A DNA stretch of 64,000 nt from Minisyncoccota bacterium (GTDB lineage: Bacteria > Patescibacteriota > Minisyncoccia > Phycocordibacterales > Phycocordibacteraceae). The notes beneath the pieces are model-generated. The model searched no databases and had not been told where the DNA came from. It saw nothing but the letters and a program-made list of their open reading frames with translations. Shown piece after piece: positions 9,681 to 19,478 of this stretch. The number at the start of each line of letters is the position of its first letter. The stretch's first letter is position 1. The stretch covers positions 3,559-67,558 of the forward strand of contig DATDUD010000048.1 in the NCBI GenBank assembly GCA_036517735.1, written 5' to 3'. The translations under genes were made by a program, and so were the position numbers.

Positions 9681-10978
9681 AGGGCAGAATCGAGAGCCTG
9701 GTTAGCCGTGGTGAGCGCTTGTCCCACGTCCATCCTGCCGCTCGTGATATTCCCTATCATAGCCCCGAAGATGGAGTCGGTGGTTGCAGGCGATGGGGAT
9801 AGCCAGCCCTTTGCAACAAGCGCTTCAGGGAAATACACTGGCTGGAATCGATCCTCATTTGAAGGAATAAGGGCAGCGCGTGCAGCAGGCACCATGGATA
9901 GCGTGTTTGCCATGGCAAGTTGAGCATTTCGCTCGGCAAGGGCGATAGCGGCAGCATATGAGCCATTCGGATTCTTTGAGGTCTTCGGGATGGCGAAAGC
10001 ATATCCAAGGCCGTATGTCGTGCGTGAAGTCGAGCGCGAGGGCTGTGGCACCGGTGCCATATCGAAGTCGAGGTTCGGATTTCCTGCGCGTATCACTGGG
10101 AGCTCAGACGCATACCCGAAGTAGAGGGTGAGGTCGCCCGCAAGGAATGCTTGACGAGCGTTAGGTAGAGCTCGGTTCCATGAATATACCGTCTTCGCAG
10201 GATCAGAGAACTGCGTATAGAAAGAGAGGGCGGATATTGAACCGGATGTTCCTGAAACCTCTGGACCCTGATTCAACGCAGCACGAAGTTTTCCATTAGA
10301 AAGTTCCGTAACGGGAGTACCGGCCTGAAGGAGAAGCAGGGAGAGGATGCCGCGTGCATTCTGTACATTATCGTATTCTCCGAACGAAAGGAGGCTTCGG
10401 GTTATCTGCCCGCCACTCCGCACTGTTATGCGATCAGACAAACCAAGCACCGCTTCCCATGTTGCCGGTGGCTGAGGCACTCCTGCAGAAGCGAAGAGGG
10501 TTCGGTTGTAGTACATGACGAGAGGATCGACGAGAATCGGGATGCCATATGTGCCCTTGTCAGTGAGGTAGAGCTCGGTAACCGGAACGAAGGTATCAAG
10601 GAAGTCGCGCTGCGATATGGAAGAGTATGGAATGACGGAGAGTTTGTTCCTCTCCGATACGAGCTGCTCCTGTGAGATGAGGACCATGTCTGGTCCCTCG
10701 TCTATGGCAAGAGCCTCGGCGAGCTCTGCTCCGAAGGTGGCAAGGGGAATCTCAGTATACGAGACGTGCGCGAACTCCGGTCGTTCCTCACGAAGGTTCT
10801 CTATCTGAAGCGATACTGCCTCCTCTGGAAGGGTTCCCCAGATGCTTACTACTCCAATAGCGTCTTGTCCGTTATCGAATCCCTCGAAGCGAGCGAACAT
10901 GAAAAGACCGACAATGGCAATGAGGCCGAAAGCTGCGAGCACGATGATGCGAAAGGGCTTGATCTTATCGTAGTCCAT
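9677..10978 (-). CDS. Extracellular solute-binding protein (ABC-type family 1, sugar/MalE-like), N-terminally membrane-anchored
   Basis: 433 aa; N-terminal TM helix; SBP_bac_1-like segments (MVLISQEQL, YGIPILVDPLVMYYNRTLFASAGV, PATWEAVL); overlaps the pilin-like paralog 5 start by 4 nt. Confidence 0.6.
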   Translation of the reverse strand: MDYDKIKPFRIIVLAAFGLIAIVGLFMFARFEGFDNGQDAIGVVSIWGTLPEEAVSLQIENLREERPEFAHVSYTEIPLATFGAELAEALAIDEGPDMVLISQEQLVSERNKLSVIPYSSISQRDFLDTFVPVTELYLTDKGTYGIPILVDPLVMYYNRTLFASAGVPQPPATWEAVLGLSDRITVRSGGQITRSLLSFGEYDNVQNARGILSLLLLQAGTPVTELSNGKLRAALNQGPEVSGTSGSISALSFYTQFSDPAKTVYSWNRALPNARQAFLAGDLTLYFGYASELPVIRAGNPNLDFDMAPVPQPSRSTSRTTYGLGYAFAIPKTSKNPNGSYAAAIALAERNAQLAMANTLSMVPAARAALIPSNEDRFQPVYFPEALVAKGWLSPSPATTDSIFGAMIGNITSGRMDVGQALTTANQALDSAL

Positions 10979-10979
10979 A

Positions 10980-11513
10980 TTAGGAAGGCTTCTCGAATAC
11001 TATAGCGTAATGGTGGGCGCCTGCACGGAAGTCCTTCACTTTATGGAAGCCTACGTCGATGAACATCCGCTCCGCAGCATGTTCTGAGATGACGTGATCA
11101 GGAGTAGGACCGATGCCTCCGTAACTGCCTGCCCAGTCAATAACAAGAAGCTTTCCTCCCGGTTTCAACACCCGGTCTATCTCAGTTATTGCCGCCTTCT
11201 TATCCTCGACCTGAAAAAGAGTGTTTGAGATAACTGCTGCATCAAGAGCATTCTCCCGCAACTTAGTCCCACCCGGCTTTTCGATATTGCCCCACACGGT
11301 ATCGACATTGCGCAGATGCTGGCGATAAGCTGAATCTTTCAGATGCTTCAGAACGTCTTCCTGGATATCAATGGCATATACCTTTCCGCTATGTCCCACG
11401 ATATGCGCAGCGGCTAGTGCGTAGTGTCCGGAGCCTGCACCGAATTCTCCGACTTTCATACCTTCCTTCAGCCCCATTTGAAGGATGTTGCTTTTGGGTT
11501 CAGAGAACTGCAT
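10980..11513 (-). CDS. Class I SAM-dependent methyltransferase (TrmI/PCMT-like)
   Basis: GMKVGEFGAGSGHYALAAAHIVGHSGKVYAIDIQEDVL (SAM motif I) and LKPGGKLLVIDW; 177 aa. Confidence 0.65.
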   Translation of the reverse strand: MQFSEPKSNILQMGLKEGMKVGEFGAGSGHYALAAAHIVGHSGKVYAIDIQEDVLKHLKDSAYRQHLRNVDTVWGNIEKPGGTKLRENALDAAVISNTLFQVEDKKAAITEIDRVLKPGGKLLVIDWAGSYGGIGPTPDHVISEHAAERMFIDVGFHKVKDFRAGAHHYAIVFEKPS

Positions 11514-11791
11514 TGCGTATAAAATAGCATGAGGCCGCCCCTAAGGACGGCCATCAAGCGCACAATGTTCATCAGACGGCCGAAAGCGCACAAAGCGTTA
11601 CGCTCGGGCCTGCAGGCCACGATTCGCGGTTCCTCTGTGCGCGAGTGCACAGGTGATCCATGAGAATCGCGAAATTCGACTCCTCCCTGAAGCAAGTCGA
11701 CGACTGATCACGGTCTTTCATCACTGTCCTCCCCGTTTGATATCCTTTTGGGTTATAGCACCACGAATAAATGTACGCAACGCTTCCCGTC

Positions 11792-14700
11792 TTATAACGC
11801 CACCATCGATGCAATCGAATCACCCTCTCGCATCTTCATAATACGGACGCCCTGTGTTGCGCGGGAAAGGGTGGATATCTCTCCCGTAGCTACGCGGATG
11901 ACCTGGCCCTTCTTCGAGATGACCACAATCTCTTCTTCAACCTCTTCAGATCCAGTAAGGATCTTCGCGCCGATAATGGAGCCTGTCTTTGTGGTGACCT
12001 CGGCAGTCTTGATACCGGAACCTCCACGTCCCTGAATCTTGTACTCAGTCATGGAAGTCTTCTTCCCATACCCCTTGCCCATGATGATGAGGAGGGAAGC
12101 GCTCTTATTTGCGTCTGCCGGAACGATCTCTGCTGAAACCACACGATCCCCTTTTTTCACATTCATGCCCCGCACGCCGGCGGCCGTGCGCCCCATGGAG
12201 CGAGTGTCTGCCTCATCAAAACGAATGCTCTGTCCTGCTGCCGTAACTATAGAAACGCTGTCACCCTTTGCTGCAAGGCGCGCGGCAACAAGCTTGTCGG
12301 AACCTTTAAGGTTAATGGCGATGATCCCGGAGCGACGCACATCGGCAAAGCTCTTTGCCTCAACCTTCTTCACAACGCCCTCTGTAGTGACGAAGAAGAT
12401 TGAGAGCGCATCACGCGCAGATCCCTTGGGAACGGCAAGCACGCTCGTAACCTTCTCGTCTCCGGCAAGCGCAAGGAAGTTCATGATGGACTTGCCCTTC
12501 GTTGCGCGCTTTCCTTCTGGAAGCTCGTACATCTTCAGCTGGTACGCCTTGCCATAGTCGGTGAAGAAAAGAAGGTCGGAATGCGCGGAGGCCTTCACGA
12601 AATGAGTCACCACATCCTCTTCCTTGGTTGCGATGTCAACGACGCCGATACCGCCTCTCTTCTGTGCCTTGTACTCGTTCGGGTTCGTGCGCTTCACGTA
12701 TCCGCCCGCGGTAAGGACGAGGATGCTTTTCTCGTCAGGCACGAGGTCCTCAATTGAGATGTTCTTTACGCCTCCTTTTACGATCTTCGTGCGGCGCTCA
12801 TCTGCATACTTGTCGGCAAGCTCCGACAGTTCCTCGCGCACCACAGCAAGAATGTTCTTCGTGCTCGAGAGTATCTTCTTTAAGCGCTTAATGATCTCCT
12901 GCACTTCCTTGAGCTCGTCCTCGATCTTTTTGCGTTCGAGACCCGCAAGCGTCTGGAGACGCATGGCGAGAATGGCGGCTGTTTGTTTTTCTGAAAAGGC
13001 GAACTTCTTCTGGAGGGCAACACTCGCTGCCGCAACGTCTGCGGCTTTCTTGATAACGGCGATCACCTCGTCGATATGGTCGAGGGCCTTTGAGAGGCCG
13101 AGGAGGATATGCTCGCGGTCCTCGGCCTTTCGGAGATCGTATTCGGTGCGGCGCTTCACTACGATGTTCCGGTGCTTCAAGTATTCCTCGAGCATTCCCT
13201 TCAAGGAAAGAGTCTGCGGTACGCCATCAACCAGAGCGACCATGTTGTAGTGGAAGGTGCTCTCGAGCTCAGTGTATTTATAGAGGTTATTCAGCACGGA
13301 CTGCGGGTGTGCTGTGCCCTTGAGCTCGACCACGACGCGAATGTCGGCGGTGGACTCGTCGCGCAGATCCTTGATGCCTTCGAGTTTCTTGTCGCGCACA
13401 AGATCGGCAATGCGGGTTATGAGGGTGGCCTTGTTGACTCGGAACGGTATCGAGGTGATGACGATGTGCGTCCCGCGCTTGTCTTCGATGACCTCTGCTT
13501 CACCGCGCACGACGACTCCCCCCTTGCCGGTCGTGTACGCGTGCTTGATATCAGACTGGTTGAAAGCGACTCCGCCGAGCGGAAAGTCCGGTCCCTTCAC
13601 AAACTTGAGGAGGTCTTCGGTCGTAGCGTCATCGTTGTCAATGAGATGGGTAGCTGCATCAACAACCTCACGCAGATTATGCGGAGGGATGTTGGTCGCC
13701 ATACCGACGGCGATACCGAGCCCGCCGTTAAGGAGGAGGTTCGGTGCAGCTGCTGGAAGTACCGATGGTTCCTGTTCCCTGCCGTCATAGTTCGGAATCC
13801 ATGGAACGGTCTCCTTATCAAGATCATTCAAAAGTGCGGCACCAACGCGTGAGAGTTTGGCTTCGGTGTATCGCATGGCGGCGGCAGAGTCCCCGTCCAC
13901 GGAATTGTGCACGAAAACGCCGCTTGCAAGGGCGAAATTGTGAGTTCCGGGAACAGTGAGGTCGTATACGTCTTCACGTTCGACGAGAAAGCGCACACCC
14001 CGAACCTTGTGATTACGGCCTACTTCGGCAACAACACGTTCGATATTTCCTTCATAGTACTTGGTGATACCCGTGTCCCACTTGGTCGCACCGCCATATT
14101 CATAGAGGTGATCGCGCATATCTTCGTATGCCTGTTCGGAAGGAGTGCCTCCCTCGGCAAATATTGCGGCGCAAATTGCGTCGAATTTTACCTTCCCTGT
14201 GAGATTCGAACTGCGATTCTTATTCGCACGTACGATCTTCTCATGCATCGCCGCGCGGTATTTGGGTTCTTGCCAAAGCCGCTTGAGTGTCTTGGTAAGT
14301 CGCTGGCTATACTCATCTCGCTTTTCAGGATGTGCAGCTACGTACTCTTTGTTTATTTCGCTTAGTTGTGCACGCTTGCGTTCACGATATACAGGGTCCT
14401 GCCAATTCTCCTTATTTCGCTTTGAAAGCCGTTCAGCATATTGCTCGCGGTTCTCGGGATTACTCCAAAAGGCTTCGCGTCCCTCGCGCAACTTGCGGAC
14501 GTACTCAGGGTCGTTTTCGTGACGCGAAGAGGTAAGGCTTGAATGAAGTTCCCAGTGATCCAGCCAATCCATGCGACGGATATTGTCGGGGCTGTTGTTG
14601 AGCTTATTGAAATCGGCATGGTGCCGGACGCGTCCGTCTGCTACGTCATACGTTCCGCGATCGAGATTGTAGGCATCCGCAAGATGATGACTGAACGACC

Positions 14701-15442
14701 AGTGACCGGACAGGGGCTGTAGTACCATCTCGTACCCGAGCATGTCGTTCACTGGCGCATCCTCCTTGCCCGAAAGCCGCGTATAGAGAGGCATGAGCGA
14801 GGTACCAGGCATAAGGTCTTGAGCCTCGCAGTATGTCTGATCTTTGCACAGGAAACGGTGATTGGGGGTACAACGGATGCGGTCACCGGAATCGAGCTCC
14901 ACTTCAATCAGGTTGGTATCGCGGATTGTAAGTCGAGGACGTTCAATGGGAGCAATGCCGATAGTACCGTCATCCATAACCGTGAAAGTATAATTGCTCT
15001 TACCCTCCCCATCTTCTTCAACTAGTTCACCAAATGTAAGCGAACGTCCATCTACAAGTCGTACTTTCGTATCCTTTGTGAAGCAGCCGAAGTTTCCCTG
15101 CCCAATGACCAATGGGTAGCGGGTCGTGAAGTTCTGGGCAAGCTTCACCATGGCTTCGTATACAGAAATGTCTCCGTGTGGGTGGTACTTACCCAACACC
15201 TCACCGACTACCGTCGCTGACTTCCTTGTCTTTGCAGTGGGGCCAAGGCCGATCTCCCCCATGGCATACAGGATGCGGCGGTGCACAGGCTTGAGTCCGT
15301 CGCGCACATCCGGGAGCGCGCGGTCGGTAATGACCGACATCGCATAGTCGATGAACGAGGTCCGCATCTCTGCGGTGATGGACTGGTCAATGATGTTCAC
15401 GACCGGCTTCGGGTCTTCGGTTTTCTCTTCTTTCTTCGCCAT
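11792..15442 (-). CDS. gyrA: DNA gyrase subunit A containing an in-frame intein (822-aa extein plus 394-aa intein)
   Basis: N-terminal GyrA motifs ([19 protein letters not shown]); GQGNFG then an intein starting CFTKD and ending VFVHN, then [17 protein letters not shown]; GyrA box QKRGGIG near the C-terminus. Confidence 0.9.
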   Translation of the reverse strand: MAKKEEKTEDPKPVVNIIDQSITAEMRTSFIDYAMSVITDRALPDVRDGLKPVHRRILYAMGEIGLGPTAKTRKSATVVGEVLGKYHPHGDISVYEAMVKLAQNFTTRYPLVIGQGNFGCFTKDTKVRLVDGRSLTFGELVEEDGEGKSNYTFTVMDDGTIGIAPIERPRLTIRDTNLIEVELDSGDRIRCTPNHRFLCKDQTYCEAQDLMPGTSLMPLYTRLSGKEDAPVNDMLGYEMVLQPLSGHWSFSHHLADAYNLDRGTYDVADGRVRHHADFNKLNNSPDNIRRMDWLDHWELHSSLTSSRHENDPEYVRKLREGREAFWSNPENREQYAERLSKRNKENWQDPVYRERKRAQLSEINKEYVAAHPEKRDEYSQRLTKTLKRLWQEPKYRAAMHEKIVRANKNRSSNLTGKVKFDAICAAIFAEGGTPSEQAYEDMRDHLYEYGGATKWDTGITKYYEGNIERVVAEVGRNHKVRGVRFLVEREDVYDLTVPGTHNFALASGVFVHNSVDGDSAAAMRYTEAKLSRVGAALLNDLDKETVPWIPNYDGREQEPSVLPAAAPNLLLNGGLGIAVGMATNIPPHNLREVVDAATHLIDNDDATTEDLLKFVKGPDFPLGGVAFNQSDIKHAYTTGKGGVVVRGEAEVIEDKRGTHIVITSIPFRVNKATLITRIADLVRDKKLEGIKDLRDESTADIRVVVELKGTAHPQSVLNNLYKYTELESTFHYNMVALVDGVPQTLSLKGMLEEYLKHRNIVVKRRTEYDLRKAEDREHILLGLSKALDHIDEVIAVIKKAADVAAASVALQKKFAFSEKQTAAILAMRLQTLAGLERKKIEDELKEVQEIIKRLKKILSSTKNILAVVREELSELADKYADERRTKIVKGGVKNISIEDLVPDEKSILVLTAGGYVKRTNPNEYKAQKRGGIGVVDIATKEEDVVTHFVKASAHSDLLFFTDYGKAYQLKMYELPEGKRATKGKSIMNFLALAGDEKVTSVLAVPKGSARDALSIFFVTTEGVVKKVEAKSFADVRRSGIIAINLKGSDKLVAARLAAKGDSVSIVTAAGQSIRFDEADTRSMGRTAAGVRGMNVKKGDRVVSAEIVPADANKSASLLIIMGKGYGKKTSMTEYKIQGRGGSGIKTAEVTTKTGSIIGAKILTGSEEVEEEIVVISKKGQVIRVATGEISTLSRATQGVRIMKMREGDSIASMVAL
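13904..15085 (-). mobile_element. Intein within gyrA (Cys1 ... His-Asn, +1 Ser) with an HNH-like endonuclease motif and four tandem basic repeats
   Basis: Splicing blocks: Cys at position 1, TPNHRFL (block B-like), terminal VFVHN plus Ser. Internal [28 protein letters not shown] resembles the HNH_3 motif. Four ~19-aa repeats follow: [55 protein letters not shown]. Confidence 0.75.
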
Positions 15443-15446
15443 TTAT

Positions 15447-15791
15447 TTAAAAGGGTATGACCTCCTGGTCAGTTTGGTTCTGGTTATCGGCCTCGGGTGC
15501 GATAGTCGAGGTGGTGTTGCCGTCGACTATGGTGAGCTCGGGCTCCGAAGAGGGGCTTCCACCCAGGCTCTCTCCCACAGCTCCGACAAGCTCAGAGAAC
15601 TCTCCGCGGGCGTCTGTAACCTCCGCGGTGGGAGTCGCCTGCGGACTTGAGAGGGCGAAGGTGCCAGTTGCGACATGCGCGGCAAGCCACAGAACGGCGA
15701 CGAGGCCGGTTACGCCTGCAGAGACACCGATCGCCACGCGATGGCGCACATGTTCGGGCTTTTCCTTGAGGTTCTCGATGTGTCGGCGCAT
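15447..15791 (-). CDS. Hypothetical membrane protein (1 TM, Ser/Thr/Glu-rich tail)
   Basis: 114 aa, adjacent to the gyrA start; no recognisable domain. Confidence 0.35.
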   Translation of the reverse strand: MRRHIENLKEKPEHVRHRVAIGVSAGVTGLVAVLWLAAHVATGTFALSSPQATPTAEVTDARGEFSELVGAVGESLGGSPSSEPELTIVDGNTTSTIAPEADNQNQTDQEVIPF

Positions 15792-15802
15792 ATCGATAGA
15801 GG

Positions 15803-16444
15803 TTAGGGCTGTATGACTATTATAGCACCATCCCGGTCTTGGACATCCTTTTTCTTGATAGTCAACTTATCCACTTTCTCGGCTTCCTCGCCCTCCTCCT
15901 TGAGGAAGGATTCGAGAGACTTAGCCTCACCCATACCGCTCCAGTGCATGGGAATGACTACTTTCGGCTCGAGGAAGGTCGCAAACTTCGAAGCTTCGGC
16001 CGCGTCAAGGACACCGTCTCCCCCGACAGGCACAAAGAGTATGTCTACCTCTTCAATGCCTTCACGCGCTTCCTGCGGGAGCGATACTTCAGACATGGCG
16101 CCGAGGTGCACTAAGGTCATACCCTCAAGCTTCACGGAGTAGATGGTGTTCATCGCTTCCTTTTGACCCTTGGGAAGTCCGTACTGGCTTTTGGTGAGGA
16201 AGCCCTGAATGGTGACTCCATCCTTTTCATACTCTCCCGGTCCTGAGATTACAAATGGCTCCTTGTCACCGAAGGCTACCTCCTTAGCACCATTCATATC
16301 GGGATGGTTACGGGAGATGAGAGCGATGTCGGCACCGAACCGTACGGCAGGCAAAGTGCCTCCCTTGGCAATAGGGTCAAAGACAAGAGTGAGGTCACCG
16401 AGGGTGACCTTGAAGCACTGCCCGCCGTGGTGGGTGATTACCAT
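15803..16444 (-). CDS. Metal-dependent hydrolase, metallo-beta-lactamase fold (UPF0173 family)
   Basis: MVITHHGGQCFKV ... DP ... ADIALISRNHPDMNG; 213 aa. Confidence 0.7.
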   Translation of the reverse strand: MVITHHGGQCFKVTLGDLTLVFDPIAKGGTLPAVRFGADIALISRNHPDMNGAKEVAFGDKEPFVISGPGEYEKDGVTIQGFLTKSQYGLPKGQKEAMNTIYSVKLEGMTLVHLGAMSEVSLPQEAREGIEEVDILFVPVGGDGVLDAAEASKFATFLEPKVVIPMHWSGMGEAKSLESFLKEEGEEAEKVDKLTIKKKDVQDRDGAIIVIQP

Positions 16445-16695
16445 ATGGCAATCATAGCATGGATTTGGTCAAAAGTCCTCTATTTGCAGGCCGAAATAAG
16501 ATTTCTGACATAACATCACGTTTTCCGTATTACCCAACAGATTGAGATATTGACAAGATTTCAGCTCGGATATAGGCTATGAATACCTAGCGTCGAGAAG
16601 CTTTCGGGCTAATCGGGGAGCTGGGATGTTCAAAACTGCCACGGAGACTTCGTCATGAAGATGCATCTGTCGGCCGGCATGACCGGTCACTAGGG

Positions 16696-16830
16696 ATGAG
16701 CATCATGCTCGGTAACATTCACTTCGACGGCTTCGCCGGCGATCGCTCGACCGCGCTGGTCGGTGGCCGCGGCAATCTCGGCGCCTGGGCCTGCCCGGTA
16801 ACGCACAAGCTGCTCCATCGGGGCAACTAA
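16696..16830 (+). other. GC3-rich 44-codon mini-ORF inside a GC-rich (~65% GC) intergenic segment; status unknown (foreign gene remnant or ncRNA)
   Basis: MSIMLGNIHFDGFAGDRSTALVGGRGNLGAWACPVTHKLLHRGN; 33 of 39 sampled third positions are G/C; the frame is open from 16591; a strong terminator lies ~70 nt downstream. Confidence 0.2.
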
Positions 16831-16898
16831 CGCGAGTGCCGAGACAACCACTTGTTTCTCTAGCCCGCGCTGATCGGCATATCTCAGCACAAGCAAGG

Positions 16899-16934
16899 GG
16901 GCGCGACCACTGTTGGTCGCGCCCTTCCTCTTTT
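16899..16934 (+). terminator. Rho-independent terminator (11-bp GC stem)
   Basis: GGGCGCGACCA-CTGT-TGGTCGCGCCC followed by TTCCTCTTTT. Confidence 0.6.
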
Positions 16935-17054
16935 ATATACTCCGTGCTATCTTCCCCCCATACCAGGCGCGTGCTTAGAAGCCGCGAGTGGGCTGTCCCT
17001 GATCGAGTTGTGCGAGATCAGTACCCACCGCAAAACCGCGCGCCTGCATTTCCA

Positions 17055-18185
17055 ATGCCAGAAGAAATTAAGGTGGCTGCTCCGGCAGCTCCAGTGCTAA
17101 CGGTGGGTGATGAGCATCCCATGTTCCGCCTCTCGGATTCCATCATGACTCCCCCAAAGGCGGGAGACGTTGTCGAAGGAACTATTATTGAACTCGTGCG
17201 TGGTCGTCTGTATGTTGACCTGCCTCCTTTCGGAACGGGTCTTATATACGGACGCGAATACTTGAACGCTGCAGACGTGCTCCGCAAGGCTAATCCTGGA
17301 GACACCATCACTGCAAAGGTGGTGGATCCCGCAGGTCTCGACGGGTACATTGAGCTCTCTCTCAAGGAAGCTCGTCAGGCAGCCATCTGGGGCGAAGCCG
17401 AGCAAGCTATCGTTGCCGGCACCGTTTACAACATTCCAGTTGCGGAAGCCAATAAGGGAGGACTCATCCTCACGTGGCAGGGCATCCAGGGCTTCCTCCC
17501 TGCTTCCCAACTTTCAAAGGACCACTATCCTCGTGTTCCTGAGGGCGATAAGGAGAAGATCTTTGGTGAGCTTAAGAAGCTCGAGGGTGTTCCCCTTGCA
17601 GTCCGGATCATCACCGCAGACGCCAAAGAAGGAAAGCTTATCTTCTCGGAGCGCACTGGAGACGAGGAGCTTGAAAAGGGTTCGCTCATCGATAAGTATC
17701 AGGTTGGTGACACCGTTGAAGGCGAGGTTACGGGCGCTGTCGACTTCGGCGTCTTCGTGAAGCTAGAACAGGGTCTTGAGGGCCTTGTACACATTTCGGA
17801 ACTCGACTGGGGACTTGTTGAGGACCCTCGCGCGATCTTCAAGGTTGGAGACCGCGTCCGCGTGAAGGTCATTGAGATCAAGGACGGCAAGATCTCCCTC
17901 TCAGTGAAGGCCCTTAAGGAGAACCCGTGGAAGACCGCCTCCGAACGCTACACCAAGGATCAGGAGGTGCAGGGTGTCGTCATCAAATACAACAAGCACG
18001 GCGCACTCGCATCTATTGAGGAAGGAGTTGCAGGACTCGTTCACATCTCGGAGTTCGAGACCCCGGCTGCGCTCCGCGAGACTCTGGAGCTTGGTAAGAC
18101 CTATCCGTTTACCATTACCTTGTTTGAACCGAAGGACCAGCGCATGACGCTTGCGTACGGGGGAGAGAAGAAGGGGAAGAAGTAA
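17055..18185 (+). CDS. rpsA: 30S ribosomal protein S1 (four S1 domains)
   Basis: Repeated S1-domain motifs (GDVVEGTII, GTVYNIPV, GDTVEGEVTGAVDFGVFV, VQGVVIKYNKHGALASI). The annotated ORF start at 16836 is probably 5' leader; the likely start is MPEEIK at 17055. Confidence 0.75.
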   Translation: MPEEIKVAAPAAPVLTVGDEHPMFRLSDSIMTPPKAGDVVEGTIIELVRGRLYVDLPPFGTGLIYGREYLNAADVLRKANPGDTITAKVVDPAGLDGYIELSLKEARQAAIWGEAEQAIVAGTVYNIPVAEANKGGLILTWQGIQGFLPASQLSKDHYPRVPEGDKEKIFGELKKLEGVPLAVRIITADAKEGKLIFSERTGDEELEKGSLIDKYQVGDTVEGEVTGAVDFGVFVKLEQGLEGLVHISELDWGLVEDPRAIFKVGDRVRVKVIEIKDGKISLSVKALKENPWKTASERYTKDQEVQGVVIKYNKHGALASIEEGVAGLVHISEFETPAALRETLELGKTYPFTITLFEPKDQRMTLAYGGEKKGKK

Positions 18186-18204
18186 GGAGAGATGGAAATC
18201 AAAA

Positions 18205-18226
18205 AGGCCCGATTGCGGGCCTTTTT
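18205..18226. terminator. Bidirectional terminator between convergent rpsA and pth
   Basis: AAAAGGCCCG-ATTG-CGGGCCTTTTT. Confidence 0.6.
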
Positions 18227-18260
18227 GATTTAAGAACTGCTAGCAGTTTAGATTTCAAAC

Positions 18261-18860
18261 CTACTTCGTATTAGCCGCAAGCATTGCCCTTTCAATACCT
18301 TCAGCTGTGAAGACTGTAATCGCCTCCGAAGCCTTTTTAAGTGTCTTTTTAAGCAGTGCTTCCTCAGCAGGCTTAAACTTCCCCACCACATGCTTGGTAA
18401 CCTTCTCGTCTCCCGACGGCTTCTTCACCTTGCCCTTCGCAGTTGCGCCTGAGATACCAATCTTCAACTGAGCAAATTCTTTTGTGCGCAGCGCACGCAT
18501 AATACTCTCGACGCCCTTGTGTCCTCCCGAGCCTCTTCCGTACATTGTCATCTTTATAGCTCCTAACGGCATATCAAGATCGTCCCTCACAACTAGAAGC
18601 TTTTGCGCTGCCTTAACGCTTTTCACGAAAGCTGGAGCTGACTTCCCCGAATGGTTCATATACGTTTCAGGAAGTACGAGCATCACCTTCTCGCCGTCTA
18701 TGCTCCCCTGAGCGACTAAAGCATTGGCCGCCTTCTTAAAGACGAAGTCCTCAAACCTTTCCTGCTTTGCAAAAAGCTCCACCGCCATGCGTCCAGCGTT
18801 GTGACGAGTCTTTGCATACTCAGCTCCAGGATTCCCAAGTCCCATGATGACGGTCGGCAT
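18261..18860 (-). CDS. pth: Peptidyl-tRNA hydrolase
   Basis: MPTVIMGLGNPG..YAKTRHNAG start (internal Met of the longer ORF), MNHSG motif; ~200 aa. Confidence 0.8.
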   Translation of the reverse strand: MPTVIMGLGNPGAEYAKTRHNAGRMAVELFAKQERFEDFVFKKAANALVAQGSIDGEKVMLVLPETYMNHSGKSAPAFVKSVKAAQKLLVVRDDLDMPLGAIKMTMYGRGSGGHKGVESIMRALRTKEFAQLKIGISGATAKGKVKKPSGDEKVTKHVVGKFKPAEEALLKKTLKKASEAITVFTAEGIERAMLAANTK

Positions 18861-18926
18861 ATTGAGATGATTGTACCAAAGAGAAGGAAATATTGACGCG
18901 CAAAAGTCCAAGCGTACAATGCTCCC

Positions 18927-19478
18927 ATGAATCTGCTTGGAAGCGCCGTGAAGGAGATTGCGACGTTCCTGGTACTAGCGGTGGTTATCGTTCTCCCTAT
19001 ACGCTTGTTCGTAGCGCAGCCCTTTGTGGTCGAGGGAGAGAGCATGTATCCCACCTTCGATTCGGGCGACTATCTCATTGTAGACGAGTTCACGTACCGC
19101 TTTGAGGAAGCCGAACGCGGAGACGTCATCGTCTTTAAATACCCCAAGAACCCTGAGGTCTTCTATATAAAACGCGTTATTGGCCTTCCTGGAGAGACTG
19201 TTTCCATAAGCGAAGGGCAGGTAACGATACAGAAGATTGACGGAACTATGCTCATGCTTGAAGAGCCGTATGTGGTCGCCGAAGACGCTACCTATACTGA
19301 GAGCACGACCGTAGGACCGGGCGAGTACTTTGTGATGGGAGATAATCGTCCCCGCTCCTCCGACTCACGGGTTTGGGGACTCTTGCCCGATGAGAACATC
19401 ATGGGACGCGCGTTCCTACAGCTCCTTCCTGCAGGCGATATCGGACTCTTCCCTGGAACTGTTCAACTTCCGCAATGA
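18927..19478 (+). CDS. lepB: Signal peptidase I
   Basis: GESMYPTF (Ser box), RVIGLPGE, GDNRPRSSDSR; N-terminal TM helix. Confidence 0.85.
   Translation: MNLLGSAVKEIATFLVLAVVIVLPIRLFVAQPFVVEGESMYPTFDSGDYLIVDEFTYRFEEAERGDVIVFKYPKNPEVFYIKRVIGLPGETVSISEGQVTIQKIDGTMLMLEEPYVVAEDATYTESTTVGPGEYFVMGDNRPRSSDSRVWGLLPDENIMGRAFLQLLPAGDIGLFPGTVQLPQ

Noticed and set aside
16700-16745. tmRNA 5' end, based on a GGG...TTCGACGG segment.
   Set aside because: Spacing differs from the tmRNA consensus and no tRNA-like 3' domain (GGTTCGANTCC plus CCA) is found nearby.
16836-17054. 5' extension of the rpsA ORF (MPRQPLVSLARADRH...).
   Set aside because: Arg/Pro-rich non-protein-like sequence overlapping a terminator; the S1 homology begins at MPEEIK (17055).
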